From Thermodesulfobacteriota bacterium (lineage in GTDB: Bacteria > Desulfobacterota > Desulfobulbia > Desulfobulbales > SURF-16), in the NCBI GenBank assembly GCA_040755455.1, contig JBFMAY010000014.1, forward strand, positions 23,428-87,427: a stretch of 64,000 nucleotides of DNA, in the 5' to 3' direction. The translations under genes and the position numbers were made by a program. Shown here one piece after another: positions 49,544 through 59,463 of this stretch. Every line of letters begins with the position of its first letter. Within the stretch, counting starts at the first letter, position 1. The notes under the pieces were generated by a model that worked only from the letters and a program-made list of their open reading frames with translations, was not told where the DNA came from and did no database searches.

Positions 49544-51658
49544 ATGAACCCCCGTTCACTCGTAAAGGATGTCTGCGTGGATCAAATTTTGGCAACTGAA
49601 TCCCTGCTCCCCTGGCTTGATCCGGAATCCTCCAAGGTTTATCTGAAGGTTTCGGTGCCGGACAGGGTTTCATCTGCTCCCGCTGCGCCGCTGCATTTCC
49701 CACATGTTGATGCCTCTTCGCCGCTGGCCCGCCTTGTCTTCGCCGCTTTCACCGCCGGTCCGCAACAGACGGTCAAGGAGGTCTTTCTGCTGATGCAGAA
49801 GGACCAGTACTCATTTTCAGAAATACAGCCGCCCTTCACCAATGAGGATATCGATGCGTTGTGGCGGCAAGCAGGGCAAGCCGCTGCCGCAGATGCTGGC
49901 TCCCGCCCTGTTCTGCTTCCCCCAGACGGCAGCAGCGCTATGCCACTGTGGAAATCGCTTTTTTATTGCGCTTGCCAGCAGCGGTTTTTTCATCCCCCCT
50001 GTCCCCGCTGCGGCAGGCTGCTGGAACTGTGCACCGTGGATCAGGTGCTGCTGGCGGCCGGGCTGCCCGCCTATTCCTCGAGCCTGCAACGTTTCCTGTT
50101 CTGCCCCGTTTGCCATGCCGGGGAAGGGCGCGGGGATTTTTACGCCTTTGACGCCCCTGACACCGCCGGTGCCCTGGTCAAGAACTTCCGGGCCCTGATC
50201 GATGCCTTTGCCCAGCTGGCGGAAAACAATGGATTGGCGGCCGGTTTCCCCTGTGCTGGCTGCCAGCGACGCGGCGAGTGTTTTGCTGGGGGCAAACAGG
50301 CGGCGGCCAGGATTATCCCCTTTGCCTTTTACCCGTTCAGAATGATCGTGACCCACGCCCGGCAGCTCCATGCCGGCGATTTTCTCTCCCTGATTTCAGG
50401 AGCTCCAATGGCGGAGCTCGCGGCCGGGCTTGAGGTCGCAGGCCTGCCGGGCCGGGCGGCCTGTGTCAAGGCCCTGGGCGGCCGGGAAGCCGGCGGGATC
50501 TCCTTGTTCTTTCAGGACGGCCGCCGCTTCCTGGAGGTTCTCTATCTGAAGCTTGCCTTGCTTGCCCAGATCGGCAAGGAATGTTTCCCCGCCCTACAGC
50601 AGCTGCAGCATGCGGATTTGCGGCTGACCATCGATCAGTTCTGGGTTGACTTTGCCGATTTTACAGGACCTTTGCCCTATTTCTGGAATTTCCGGGCCAT
50701 GCCTCTGGCCATCGGCATGGCGCCGCCGCAAGAGTCCGCCTTCCTGAAGGTGCCGGCCTCCCTGGGCCTCCATGCCCTGTCCCTGCTGTGGTTCAATGTC
50801 CTGTTGGCCAACAGCAGGCAGACCGCCCGGGATATTGCGCAATCCCTCGCCGTTTTGTATGACAGGCAGCAGGTTGAGGGGCAACCGGATTTTCTCGCCT
50901 CCGGCTGTTTTACCCCGGCCAACATTTTCTGGCAGCCCGCCGCGCAACAGCTTCCCGCTGAATGGCTTACCCTCTGGCAGAAGGCCCTGGGGCTGGGTTG
51001 GTCTCTGCTGGGGCAGTCCTGTCAGCCGGCCCCTGATTTTTCGGCCGCAGCCTTTACCGCGCAGCTGACCGAGCTTGCCGGGGAGGTGCGGCAGAGCCTG
51101 TTTACCGTCGAGGCGGTGCCGGCGGTGGCTATGCCGGCGGAAGACAGCGATACCGCCATCTGCCGGATACTGCTCGGCATCAGACGGAAGTGGCTGGCGG
51201 ACTTGCCGGCCGAACCCGTGGTGGCAGGAGTTGCAGAAGAGACGCCCGTGGGCGCTGAGGAGCAGGTTCCGGAACTGCCGGCGGAGGATGCCCTGGAAAA
51301 AACGGTGCTCATGAGCCCGGACCAGCTGGCGGAGTTCATGCAGAAAAAAGGGCAGTCCGCCAGTGCCACGCCGGCCGTTGATGCTGCCGATGCTGGGCCG
51401 CCGACCATCAGACCGGGGGAGGCTGTCACTGACGAGGACGCCGGGCTGGCCAAGACAGTGGTCATGGGCCCCGATGCGCTTGCCTCGTTTCTCGCCGGCC
51501 GCAACGGTCAGGATGCCGCCTCCGGGCCCGGGGTTCCCAAGGTGGCCCCGGCTAAACCGTCGCTGCCTGATGCCGCGGGTGCCGGGCTGTCTGAAACGGT
51601 GATGATCAGCCCGCAACAACTTGCCGCGTTGAGGAAAATGAAAAAGGATGACAAGTAG
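49544..51658 (+). CDS. T6SS-associated hypothetical protein with Cys clusters and a C-terminal repeated Thr motif
   Basis: 704 aa; CPRC, CPVC and CAGC motifs; three L-x-[KE]-T-V-x-x-[SG]-P repeats; overlaps the next gene. Confidence 0.7.
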   Translation: MNPRSLVKDVCVDQILATESLLPWLDPESSKVYLKVSVPDRVSSAPAAPLHFPHVDASSPLARLVFAAFTAGPQQTVKEVFLLMQKDQYSFSEIQPPFTNEDIDALWRQAGQAAAADAGSRPVLLPPDGSSAMPLWKSLFYCACQQRFFHPPCPRCGRLLELCTVDQVLLAAGLPAYSSSLQRFLFCPVCHAGEGRGDFYAFDAPDTAGALVKNFRALIDAFAQLAENNGLAAGFPCAGCQRRGECFAGGKQAAARIIPFAFYPFRMIVTHARQLHAGDFLSLISGAPMAELAAGLEVAGLPGRAACVKALGGREAGGISLFFQDGRRFLEVLYLKLALLAQIGKECFPALQQLQHADLRLTIDQFWVDFADFTGPLPYFWNFRAMPLAIGMAPPQESAFLKVPASLGLHALSLLWFNVLLANSRQTARDIAQSLAVLYDRQQVEGQPDFLASGCFTPANIFWQPAAQQLPAEWLTLWQKALGLGWSLLGQSCQPAPDFSAAAFTAQLTELAGEVRQSLFTVEAVPAVAMPAEDSDTAICRILLGIRRKWLADLPAEPVVAGVAEETPVGAEEQVPELPAEDALEKTVLMSPDQLAEFMQKKGQSASATPAVDAADAGPPTIRPGEAVTDEDAGLAKTVVMGPDALASFLAGRNGQDAASGPGVPKVAPAKPSLPDAAGAGLSETVMISPQQLAALRKMKKDDK

Positions 51659-52394
51659 CACAGAACTGGATCAGGTAGCTGCTGGCATCAGAGAAATCTG
51701 CCAGGCGGACAGGGAACATGCCGCCGCCAGGGTTGAGGAGCTTCTCCTGCATGCCCTGGCCGGTCATGCCCCGGCAGCGCGGCTTGATTTTCTTGATAAG
51801 TGCCTGGCGGGTTTCGGTCATGTTCCCATGCAGGAGGAGGGGCTGGCCCCCAGGCCCGAAGCCAATTCCGAGGCATTCAACAACCTGTTGACAATGCTTC
51901 TCGGCAAAGAGATACTGGAAAAAGATCTGTCAACGGAGGAGATGACCAAACACCTGGCAACCGCCTTGAATACCGTTTTTGATTCACTCAACAAACTGAT
52001 AGGCGGCATCAACGCCACCCTGATGGGCAGTGCCTCCGGTGAGGAGACGATACGGGTGGTTATCAGTTCCTCCATTGATGAAAAAAAAGGGATCGCCTCC
52101 CTGGAGAAATATCTTGACCAGATAGGTCAGTTTTTCGCCATGGCCTTGCGGGCCTATAAGGAAGCGGCCCAGACCAAGATCGGTGAAATTTTACAGGAGT
52201 TGAATCCCGAACGTATCGCCGAAGAAAATGAAAACGGCCTGAAATTCGGACCGCTGCGCAAGGCGCATCTGTTCGACTGCTACCAGGACAAGTATAAGAC
52301 CCTGCAGAACTGGCAGAGATCGGGGCTGCTCCTGGAAGCCTTTATGAAGGAATTTGAAAAAAATTGCCAAAAGCTTTATCTGATGAGGGAGTAA
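51648..52394 (+). CDS. T6SS-associated helical protein resembling the TagH/Fha C-terminal domain (no FHA domain seen)
   Basis: C-terminal LRKAHLFDCYQDKY...AFMKEFEK recalls the TagH C-terminus; abuts tssJ. Confidence 0.45.
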   Translation: MTSSTELDQVAAGIREICQADREHAAARVEELLLHALAGHAPAARLDFLDKCLAGFGHVPMQEEGLAPRPEANSEAFNNLLTMLLGKEILEKDLSTEEMTKHLATALNTVFDSLNKLIGGINATLMGSASGEETIRVVISSSIDEKKGIASLEKYLDQIGQFFAMALRAYKEAAQTKIGEILQELNPERIAEENENGLKFGPLRKAHLFDCYQDKYKTLQNWQRSGLLLEAFMKEFEKNCQKLYLMRE

Positions 52395-52961
52395 ATGAAA
52401 AATTATTGGAAGTTGTTCTGGGGAATCTGCTGTCTTTTTTTCCTTGTCGCCTGCGCGGCTAAGCCGCCTGCGCCGCCGCCACCCCCGCCACCGCCGCCCG
52501 CGCCGCCGCAGTATTCCTACAGCAAGGATGCCGTCAAGATTGACATCGATTCCGACTCGCAGCTGAATCTCTATCAGTCCAGCCCCCATACCCTGCTGAT
52601 CTGCGTTTACCAGCTCAGCGACCCCAATGCCTTCTACCGGCTGACCGGAGACATCAACGGCATCTACCAGCTTCTCGCCTGTAATCAGTTTGACCCGAGT
52701 GTCACCCATGCCAAGCGCTTCATTGTCCAGCCCGATCAAAAGGTGACCTATACCCTGGATCGGGCCGCGGGAACCAAGTATGTGGCTGTTGGCGCCGGCT
52801 ATTACAATATCAGGAAAGAGGATGTGGTGCGGCTCTTTGAAATTCCCATTGTGGAAAAAACACCTGAAGCAGCCGGCGCGGCCCATGTGCTGGAACCGGG
52901 CGTCCTGACCGTGGAGCTTGACCTGGGTCCGACGAAGATTACCAGTATTGCCGGTCAATAA
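52395..52961 (+). CDS. tssJ: T6SS outer-membrane lipoprotein
   Basis: Lipobox LVAC, poly-Pro linker, QLN...PHTLLICVYQLSD...YVAVGAGY; upstream of tssK. Confidence 0.85.
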   Translation: MKNYWKLFWGICCLFFLVACAAKPPAPPPPPPPPPAPPQYSYSKDAVKIDIDSDSQLNLYQSSPHTLLICVYQLSDPNAFYRLTGDINGIYQLLACNQFDPSVTHAKRFIVQPDQKVTYTLDRAAGTKYVAVGAGYYNIRKEDVVRLFEIPIVEKTPEAAGAAHVLEPGVLTVELDLGPTKITSIAGQ

Positions 52962-53040
52962 AGTGCCGGGCTGGTGATGCGCATGAGGCCGCTCTCCGGT
53001 TACCTATCCTATTCATTGCAGGGGACTATGGTGGATATTC

Positions 53041-54435
53041 ATGGTGGATATTAACAGATCGATTTTTTGGCACCAGGGGCTTTTTCTCCAGCCCCATCAT
53101 TTTCAGCAGCATGACCTTTTCATCCAGGACCAGCACAAACCGTTCCGTAAATTTCTCAACCCGTACTTCTGGGGGGTCGCGGCCATGGAGGCCTCCCGCG
53201 GGGCTTTGGAAAACCTTTCCTTTGACGTCCTGCAAGGGGAGTTTGTCTTTCCTGATGGCACCTACGTCGTCTTCCCCGGTAACGCCGTGCTGGCCAAGCG
53301 ATCCTTCAAAAATGCCTGGATCGAGGAGGACAAGCGCTTCACCGTTTACCTCGGCTTGAAAAAACTGGACGAGGCCGGCAGCAATGTGACCGAACTGACA
53401 GGTCTTGACAAGATTGGTGAAGTGGCCACCCGCTATGTGACCCTGGCTGAACCGGAACAGATTGACGATCTGTATGAGAGCGGCCCTCCCGGCCAGGTGA
53501 AAAAGCTTGCGCTGGTGCTGAAGCTGTTCTGGGAAAGCGAAAAGGAAATGGTGGGCGATTACCTGCTGCTTCCCTTGGCCCAGCTGGAAAGAGACGGCGA
53601 GGTGATCCGTTTTGCCCCTGGTTTTGCCCCGCCTGCCCTGACCATTCAAGGTTCCGAGGTCCTCATCCAGATCGTCAAGAACATCCGGGACCAAATCAGC
53701 AGCCGCAGCCGGCAGCTCAATGAGTACAAGGCCCAGCGCGGCATCCATACCAGCGATTTCGGCGCTCGGGACATGGTTTTCATGCTGGCCCTGCGCACCT
53801 TGAACAGGTACGTGCCGCTGCTGTTTCATCTCACCGAGCCGGCCTGCACCCATCCCTGGCTGGCCTTCGGCCTGCTGCGCCAACTGATCGGCGAGCTTTC
53901 CTCATTCTCCAGCACGGTGAATGTGCTGGGAGAACTGGACGACGGCCAGGCCCTGCTCGGCGCTTACAACCATGATGACCTGGGCCGCTGCTTTCTGGCC
54001 GCCCAGTCCCTGATTTCCCGGCTGCTTGATGAGATCACCGCCGGTCCCGACTACATCATCAGGCTGGTCTTTGACGGGACCTATTACATCGCCGATCTGC
54101 TGCCGGCCCATTTCACCGAAGGCAACCGCTATTACCTGGTTGTTGAGACCGAGGAAGAGCCGCAGCAGGTGCTTGACGCCCTGCAGGGCATCGCCAAACT
54201 TGGCTCACGGGAGTCGCTGCCGCTGCTGATTGCCAGGGCGCTGCCCGGCGTGACGCTGGAGCATCTGGCCATTCCGCCCCAGGAGTTGCCCCGGCGGGCG
54301 CATTGCCTCTATTTCCAGATCAATCATCATGGCGATCAATGGGGCAATGTGGTGAAAGGCAACAACATGGCATTATACTGGGACAACGCGCCGGATGATT
54401 TCAAGGCGGAACTGATGGTGGTGGGGAGGGCGTAA
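53041..54435 (+). CDS. tssK: T6SS baseplate subunit
   Basis: IFWHQGLFLQPHHFQQHD, FPDGT, HP..., YNHDDL, ALPGV, YFQI. Confidence 0.93.
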   Translation: MVDINRSIFWHQGLFLQPHHFQQHDLFIQDQHKPFRKFLNPYFWGVAAMEASRGALENLSFDVLQGEFVFPDGTYVVFPGNAVLAKRSFKNAWIEEDKRFTVYLGLKKLDEAGSNVTELTGLDKIGEVATRYVTLAEPEQIDDLYESGPPGQVKKLALVLKLFWESEKEMVGDYLLLPLAQLERDGEVIRFAPGFAPPALTIQGSEVLIQIVKNIRDQISSRSRQLNEYKAQRGIHTSDFGARDMVFMLALRTLNRYVPLLFHLTEPACTHPWLAFGLLRQLIGELSSFSSTVNVLGELDDGQALLGAYNHDDLGRCFLAAQSLISRLLDEITAGPDYIIRLVFDGTYYIADLLPAHFTEGNRYYLVVETEEEPQQVLDALQGIAKLGSRESLPLLIARALPGVTLEHLAIPPQELPRRAHCLYFQINHHGDQWGNVVKGNNMALYWDNAPDDFKAELMVVGRA

Positions 54436-54437
54436 CC

Positions 54438-55115
54438 ATGCGTTTACGGGATTGCTTTGCCGAACTGGTGGCCTATGTGGCCTATTTTTTAAAGAGTGAC
54501 ATCCAGAACAGTCTCTCCTTCAGCCAGGTGCAGACCGATGTGCAGCGGCTGCTGTCGGAAAGTGACGCGATGGTCCGGCAGGGGGAGATCAGCGCCGAGG
54601 AATACAACGAGGCGCGCTTTGCCATCTGCGCCTGGATCGATGAGTCGCTGCTCAATTCAAACTGGCAGGGCCGGGCGCAATGGCAGAAGGAGCTCCTGCA
54701 GCGCCGGTACTACCAGACCACCGACGCCGGTGAGGAGTTTTTTGAACGCCTGAACCGGCTTGACCAGCAGCAGCGAGGCGCCAGGGAAATTTATTATCTC
54801 TGCCTGGCCATGGGTTTCAAGGGCAGATATCATCAGGATGGTGACGATCTCCTGCTCGACCAGCTCAAGACCTCTAATCTGAAGTACTTGCTGGGCAGCT
54901 CGGTTGGCCTGCCGGCCCTGGATCGGACCGAACTGTTTCCCGAGGCGTATCCGGCGGAAAGCGCCGGTCCCGCCGCCCCATCCCGGCAGGGCATGTTCAC
55001 CCCAGCGGCCATCGCGGTGTTTGTCTCACCTCTTGTGCTGTTTGGGGTGCTGTTTTTCATTTACACGTTTATCTTGAATAATATCGGCGAGAACTTCCTG
55101 CAAGCGGTGCCCTGA
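54438..55115 (+). CDS. tssL: T6SS membrane subunit, DotU family (no OmpA domain)
   Basis: ARFAICAWIDE, LQ..YY, AGEEFFERL, YYLCLAMGFKGRY, C-terminal transmembrane helix. Confidence 0.92.
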   Translation: MRLRDCFAELVAYVAYFLKSDIQNSLSFSQVQTDVQRLLSESDAMVRQGEISAEEYNEARFAICAWIDESLLNSNWQGRAQWQKELLQRRYYQTTDAGEEFFERLNRLDQQQRGAREIYYLCLAMGFKGRYHQDGDDLLLDQLKTSNLKYLLGSSVGLPALDRTELFPEAYPAESAGPAAPSRQGMFTPAAIAVFVSPLVLFGVLFFIYTFILNNIGENFLQAVP

Positions 55116-58100
55116 TGAAACAATTCTGGCGTATACTGATTAAATCCCTGCTGGCTGTCACCGGCCTGTGCCTGGTTATTTTGCTGGTGGCCGGTCTGGT
55201 CCTCATCCTTGACTGGCCCTGGTGGACCGGTTTCTTTTTTCTCCTCCTGCTGTTCGGCGCGGCCATCGGCGTAATTCTGGTCCGCAAGATCTTGCGACGG
55301 CGCCGGGAGCAGCAGTTCGTGGACCAGATTATCTCCCAGGATGATCTGAAGCTCAAAGCCATGGCGGCCAAGGAACGGGATGAATCGCAACTCCTCCAGG
55401 CCCGCTGGAAGGAGGCCATCGATACCCTGAAAAGCTCCCATCTGCGCAAATTCGGCAATCCCCTCTATGTTCTGCCCTGGTATCTGGTGATCGGCGAAAG
55501 CGGTTCCGGCAAGACCACCGCCATCAAAAGCGCCCGGCTCTCTTCGCCCTTTGCCGATGCGGCTCAGGTGTCAGGCATCTCGGGCACAAGGAACTGCGAC
55601 TGGTGGTTTTTTGAACAGGCGATCATTATTGATACTGCCGGCCGTTATGCCATCCCGGTGCATGAGAGCCGCGACAAGGACGAGTGGCACAGCTTTCTGA
55701 CCCTGCTGGCCAAGTTCAGGAAAAAGGAGCCGCTAAACGGTCTGATTGTCACCGTCTCCGCCAACAAGCTGCTGGAGGCAAGCTCTGAGGAGCTTGAACG
55801 GGAGGGGCTGCAGATCCGCTCCCGCATTGATGAGATCATGCTGGCCATTGGCAGCAAATTCCCGGTCTACGTCATGGTGACCAAATGCGACCTGGTAAAG
55901 GGCATGACCCACTTCTGCGACAAGCTGCCGGAAAAGGTGGTGGGTCAGGCCATGGGGGTGGTCAATCCCCAGCACATGAAGGTGACGCCCGCCTTCTGGG
56001 CCAATGTGGTTGACACCATCAGCGAACGGGTCGGCAATCTGCTTCTCCGGGTGCTGCATGACACCAAGTCCCGGAAGGTGGACCCGGCCCTTATTCTTTT
56101 CCCCAGTGAGTTCGAGAGATTACGTGGCGGGCTTAACAGCTTCATGGCCAAGGCCTTCCAGGAAAATCCCTATCAGGAAACACCGATCCTCCGAGGTCTT
56201 TTCTTCACCAGCGGCAGGCAGGAGGGCACCCCGTACTCCCATTTTCTCCAGAAACTGGGGCTGATGGGGGAAAAGGAGGTGCTGCCCGGCACCAACAAGG
56301 GGCTCTTCCTCCATGATTTCTTTGCCAGGATACTGCCCATGGACCGGGGCATTTTCGCCCCCACCCGGCGTTCCATGGAGTGGCAGCGGCTGAGCCGCAA
56401 TCTGGGACTTACCTCCTGGGTGGCCCTGATCATCGCCCTCTGCGGTTTGATGAGCTTTTCCTTTGTCAAAAACCTGCAGACCATGCGGGAGGTGCCAAAG
56501 GAGTTCCTGCAGCAGTCCGGTCCGCTCATGCAGGGAGATGTGCTGTTGGATGTGGTCAACCTTGATCAGTACAAGGAGGCCATTATCCGCATCGAGGAGA
56601 GGAACAGGAACTGGTGGATGCCGCGTTTCGGGCTCACCCACAGCATTGATGTGGAAAGGCAGCTGAAGGAGAAATTCAGCCAGCAGTTCAAAAAGACCTT
56701 TCTCATGCCGCTGGACAAGAGGATGGCGGACAGGATGGCGGGCTTTGATCTCTCCACCCCTGATCAATTGCTCAACCGCCATATCAGCCATCTGGTCCGC
56801 CGCATCAATCTGTTGAAAAAGCGGCTGCAGACCAGGGACCTTGAGGCACTGGCCGGCATGCCCCAGGTGCCTTTCCTCATTCTCCTCTCCCAGGAACAGC
56901 AAGAGCTGATCCCGGAAGTCAGAAAGAAGATGGGCAGCATCTATCTCCATTATCTGTACTGGAATCAGGATGACAGCCAGATCAACCAGGAGATTGTTGA
57001 TCTGCAGAACTGGCTGAAACATGCTCTGGCCGCCAAGGGCGGCAGGCTGGACTGGCTCATTCCCTGGGCCAACGAACAGGAGGATCTTGTCCAGGTGACG
57101 CTTGCCGACTTCTGGGGCGGCAGCAGGAATGCGCAGGATGATGTCAGGGTGGCCCCGGCTTTCAGCCGCAAGGGCAAGGAGATGATTAACGCCTTTCTGC
57201 AGGAGATCGAGGCCGCGCTGCCGGAGCCGGGGCCGTCCCTGATTGCCCGCCAGAAAATGGAATTCGCCGAAAGGTACCGCCAGAGCTATATGGAGGAGTG
57301 GCGCGCCTTTGCCGCCGGCTTCGGCCATGGGGCAAGGCGTCTGGCCGGCTATGAGGAATGGCTGCCCGTGGCCCAGAAGATCACCTCGCTTTCCGGACCC
57401 TATTTCACCCTGCTTGACAAGATGGCCGATGAGTGCCCGACAGTTGCCGAGGAGGGCAAGGCTGTGCCGGCCTGGATCACGTTGACGGCCGCGTACCGTA
57501 ATCTGGCCACCCAGGCAGCGGTGCTGGGCAAAACCGACGGGGGCGGGGGCTCGCTGCTGGCCAAGGCCGGGGAAAAATCCATGACCCTAATCGACAAGGT
57601 CGGGCAGAAGCTCGACGGCACAGGACAGACGGAGAATGTCGAAAACCAGCTGCAGGCCTCCAGGGCGCTCATGGAGTACCATAAGTCCCTGCAGGAGGTC
57701 ATGCCCACCCTGTCGCCGCGCAAGGCCGCCTATGATGCGGCGGCAACGGTGTTCAAGGATGAAAAGAACCCCGTGGCCTCGGCCCGGCAGGCGATTGGCA
57801 GAATGAAAACCTCCATGACTTCCGGCAAAAAGGATGAGGATGTCTTCTGGGCGCTGCTCTCCGGTTCCGTTGACTTTCTCTGGGATTTTGAGCGGACCGA
57901 GGCTGCCTGTTATCTGCAGGATCGCTGGGAAAAGGATGTGCTGGTCGAAGTCCAGGGCATCAGCGACCAGCAGAAGGTGATGCAGCTTCTGCTCGATCAG
58001 GACGGCTATGCCCTGCAGTTTGTCAAGGGGCCGGCCGCTCCCTTTATCAGCAGAAACCCCGCCAAGGGCTATTATGCGCTGCAGGCCCAGGACGGCCAGA

Positions 58101-58606
58101 TTGCCTTCGATCCGTCCTTCTTCACCTTTCTCACCAAGGGGGTGAGCGCCAAAAGGACGGTGCAGGCCAGTTATGATGTGGCCATCAAGGGTCTGCCCAC
58201 CGACGTCAACCAGGATGCCCTGATCAAGCCTCATGCCACCCATGTTGAGCTGCAGTGCGCCAGCGGCAGCGTGAAGCTGGACAACTTCCAGTTTCCGGTG
58301 ATGAAAAGCTTCCAGTGGTCGCCGGAGACATGCGGGGACGTTGTCTTTGAAATCGAGGTGAGCAATATGGTGCTGACGAAAATCTATAAAGGCGGTCAGG
58401 CCTTTGTCAGTTTTCTCGAGGACTTTAAAAGCGGCCAGAAGTCCTTTTATGCCACTGATTTTCCCGAGCAGAAAGAAGAATTGCAGCGGCTGGGGATAAA
58501 ATATATCAAGGTCAACTATCAGTTTACCGGCCACACCGCCGTCCTCCATCTGCAGCAGGCAGCACCCGGCCAGGTGCCGTCACGGGTGGCCCAATGCTGG
58601 GATTAG
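55115..58606 (+). CDS. tssM: T6SS membrane subunit, IcmF family
   Basis: LYVLPWYLVIGESGSGKTT, CDWWF, IDTAGRY, PLNGLIV, FPVYVMVTKCDL; transmembrane helices. Confidence 0.94.
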   Translation: MKQFWRILIKSLLAVTGLCLVILLVAGLVLILDWPWWTGFFFLLLLFGAAIGVILVRKILRRRREQQFVDQIISQDDLKLKAMAAKERDESQLLQARWKEAIDTLKSSHLRKFGNPLYVLPWYLVIGESGSGKTTAIKSARLSSPFADAAQVSGISGTRNCDWWFFEQAIIIDTAGRYAIPVHESRDKDEWHSFLTLLAKFRKKEPLNGLIVTVSANKLLEASSEELEREGLQIRSRIDEIMLAIGSKFPVYVMVTKCDLVKGMTHFCDKLPEKVVGQAMGVVNPQHMKVTPAFWANVVDTISERVGNLLLRVLHDTKSRKVDPALILFPSEFERLRGGLNSFMAKAFQENPYQETPILRGLFFTSGRQEGTPYSHFLQKLGLMGEKEVLPGTNKGLFLHDFFARILPMDRGIFAPTRRSMEWQRLSRNLGLTSWVALIIALCGLMSFSFVKNLQTMREVPKEFLQQSGPLMQGDVLLDVVNLDQYKEAIIRIEERNRNWWMPRFGLTHSIDVERQLKEKFSQQFKKTFLMPLDKRMADRMAGFDLSTPDQLLNRHISHLVRRINLLKKRLQTRDLEALAGMPQVPFLILLSQEQQELIPEVRKKMGSIYLHYLYWNQDDSQINQEIVDLQNWLKHALAAKGGRLDWLIPWANEQEDLVQVTLADFWGGSRNAQDDVRVAPAFSRKGKEMINAFLQEIEAALPEPGPSLIARQKMEFAERYRQSYMEEWRAFAAGFGHGARRLAGYEEWLPVAQKITSLSGPYFTLLDKMADECPTVAEEGKAVPAWITLTAAYRNLATQAAVLGKTDGGGGSLLAKAGEKSMTLIDKVGQKLDGTGQTENVENQLQASRALMEYHKSLQEVMPTLSPRKAAYDAAATVFKDEKNPVASARQAIGRMKTSMTSGKKDEDVFWALLSGSVDFLWDFERTEAACYLQDRWEKDVLVEVQGISDQQKVMQLLLDQDGYALQFVKGPAAPFISRNPAKGYYALQAQDGQIAFDPSFFTFLTKGVSAKRTVQASYDVAIKGLPTDVNQDALIKPHATHVELQCASGSVKLDNFQFPVMKSFQWSPETCGDVVFEIEVSNMVLTKIYKGGQAFVSFLEDFKSGQKSFYATDFPEQKEELQRLGIKYIKVNYQFTGHTAVLHLQQAAPGQVPSRVAQCWD

Positions 58607-59334
58607 GCAGATCCGCGGGTAACTGGCAATGGCATCTTTCCGGCAAGCATCCGGTGGCCAAGGATTTCTTCGCCATCGGCGACAAAAACCCGATGGCCGA
58701 GGCCTTTGCCCAGTGGATACGGCTCGGCGCAGAACAGTCTGCCGCAGGCCGGGAGATGCTCGCCGCCAGCTGTTCGTGGCGCTTCTGGGCCAAGACAGGC
58801 GGCCGGGAAATCCTGGTCTGCGGCGTGATCAGAAACAGCTGTGATTTCATGGGCCGGCCCTATCCGCTACTGGTCATGGGGTCGGGATTGCTGGAGAGGT
58901 GGGAGGAAAACTGGGAGCTGCTGCCCCTGGCCTGTGAAGGACTCTGGAGTCAGATGGAGCAACTGGCCACCAAGAATTACCAGGGGTTTGACCGGCTCAA
59001 GGAGGATCTGCACATGCTCCGGCCCCCCCAGGCGCGCTGGCAGGACCTGCGCGATAAAGGGGCTGAGCTGGTGGCCGGACTATCGCCCGGGGACCTGCCT
59101 GACCCGGCGGCCGGGGCACAGGAGGCGCTGTTTTTGCCCCTGCAGTGCGCGGACCATGGCGATCCTTTTGCCCTGATCATTTATCTGCACCGGGTGCTGA
59201 AAGAAAAGATCCGGTCGGTGCCCAACATATTGTTTGTAGGCGGGCCGCTAGAGCAGCCCGGTTTTGCCCTCTTTACCAGGCCGCTCAATACCGGTGACTT
59301 CACCCGGATGTGGGAGCCTGTGTCCGCCGTGTGA
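58594..59334 (+). CDS. tagF: T6SS-associated regulator, TagF/DUF2094-like
   Basis: GKHP..KDFF, WRF, G.I..S.D..GRPYPL; follows tssM. Confidence 0.75.
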   Translation: MLGLGRSAGNWQWHLSGKHPVAKDFFAIGDKNPMAEAFAQWIRLGAEQSAAGREMLAASCSWRFWAKTGGREILVCGVIRNSCDFMGRPYPLLVMGSGLLERWEENWELLPLACEGLWSQMEQLATKNYQGFDRLKEDLHMLRPPQARWQDLRDKGAELVAGLSPGDLPDPAAGAQEALFLPLQCADHGDPFALIIYLHRVLKEKIRSVPNILFVGGPLEQPGFALFTRPLNTGDFTRMWEPVSAV

Positions 59335-59463
59335 GCGATTTTTATTTGAAATACGGCAGTTACAGATGATACAATTAAAAAATTATCCGTGCTCCCGGCA
59401 GGAAAGACCGGTCCGGTCCGGCTGCACTCTCTGTCGCAACCTTTGTAAAAGGATACCTCTCTT

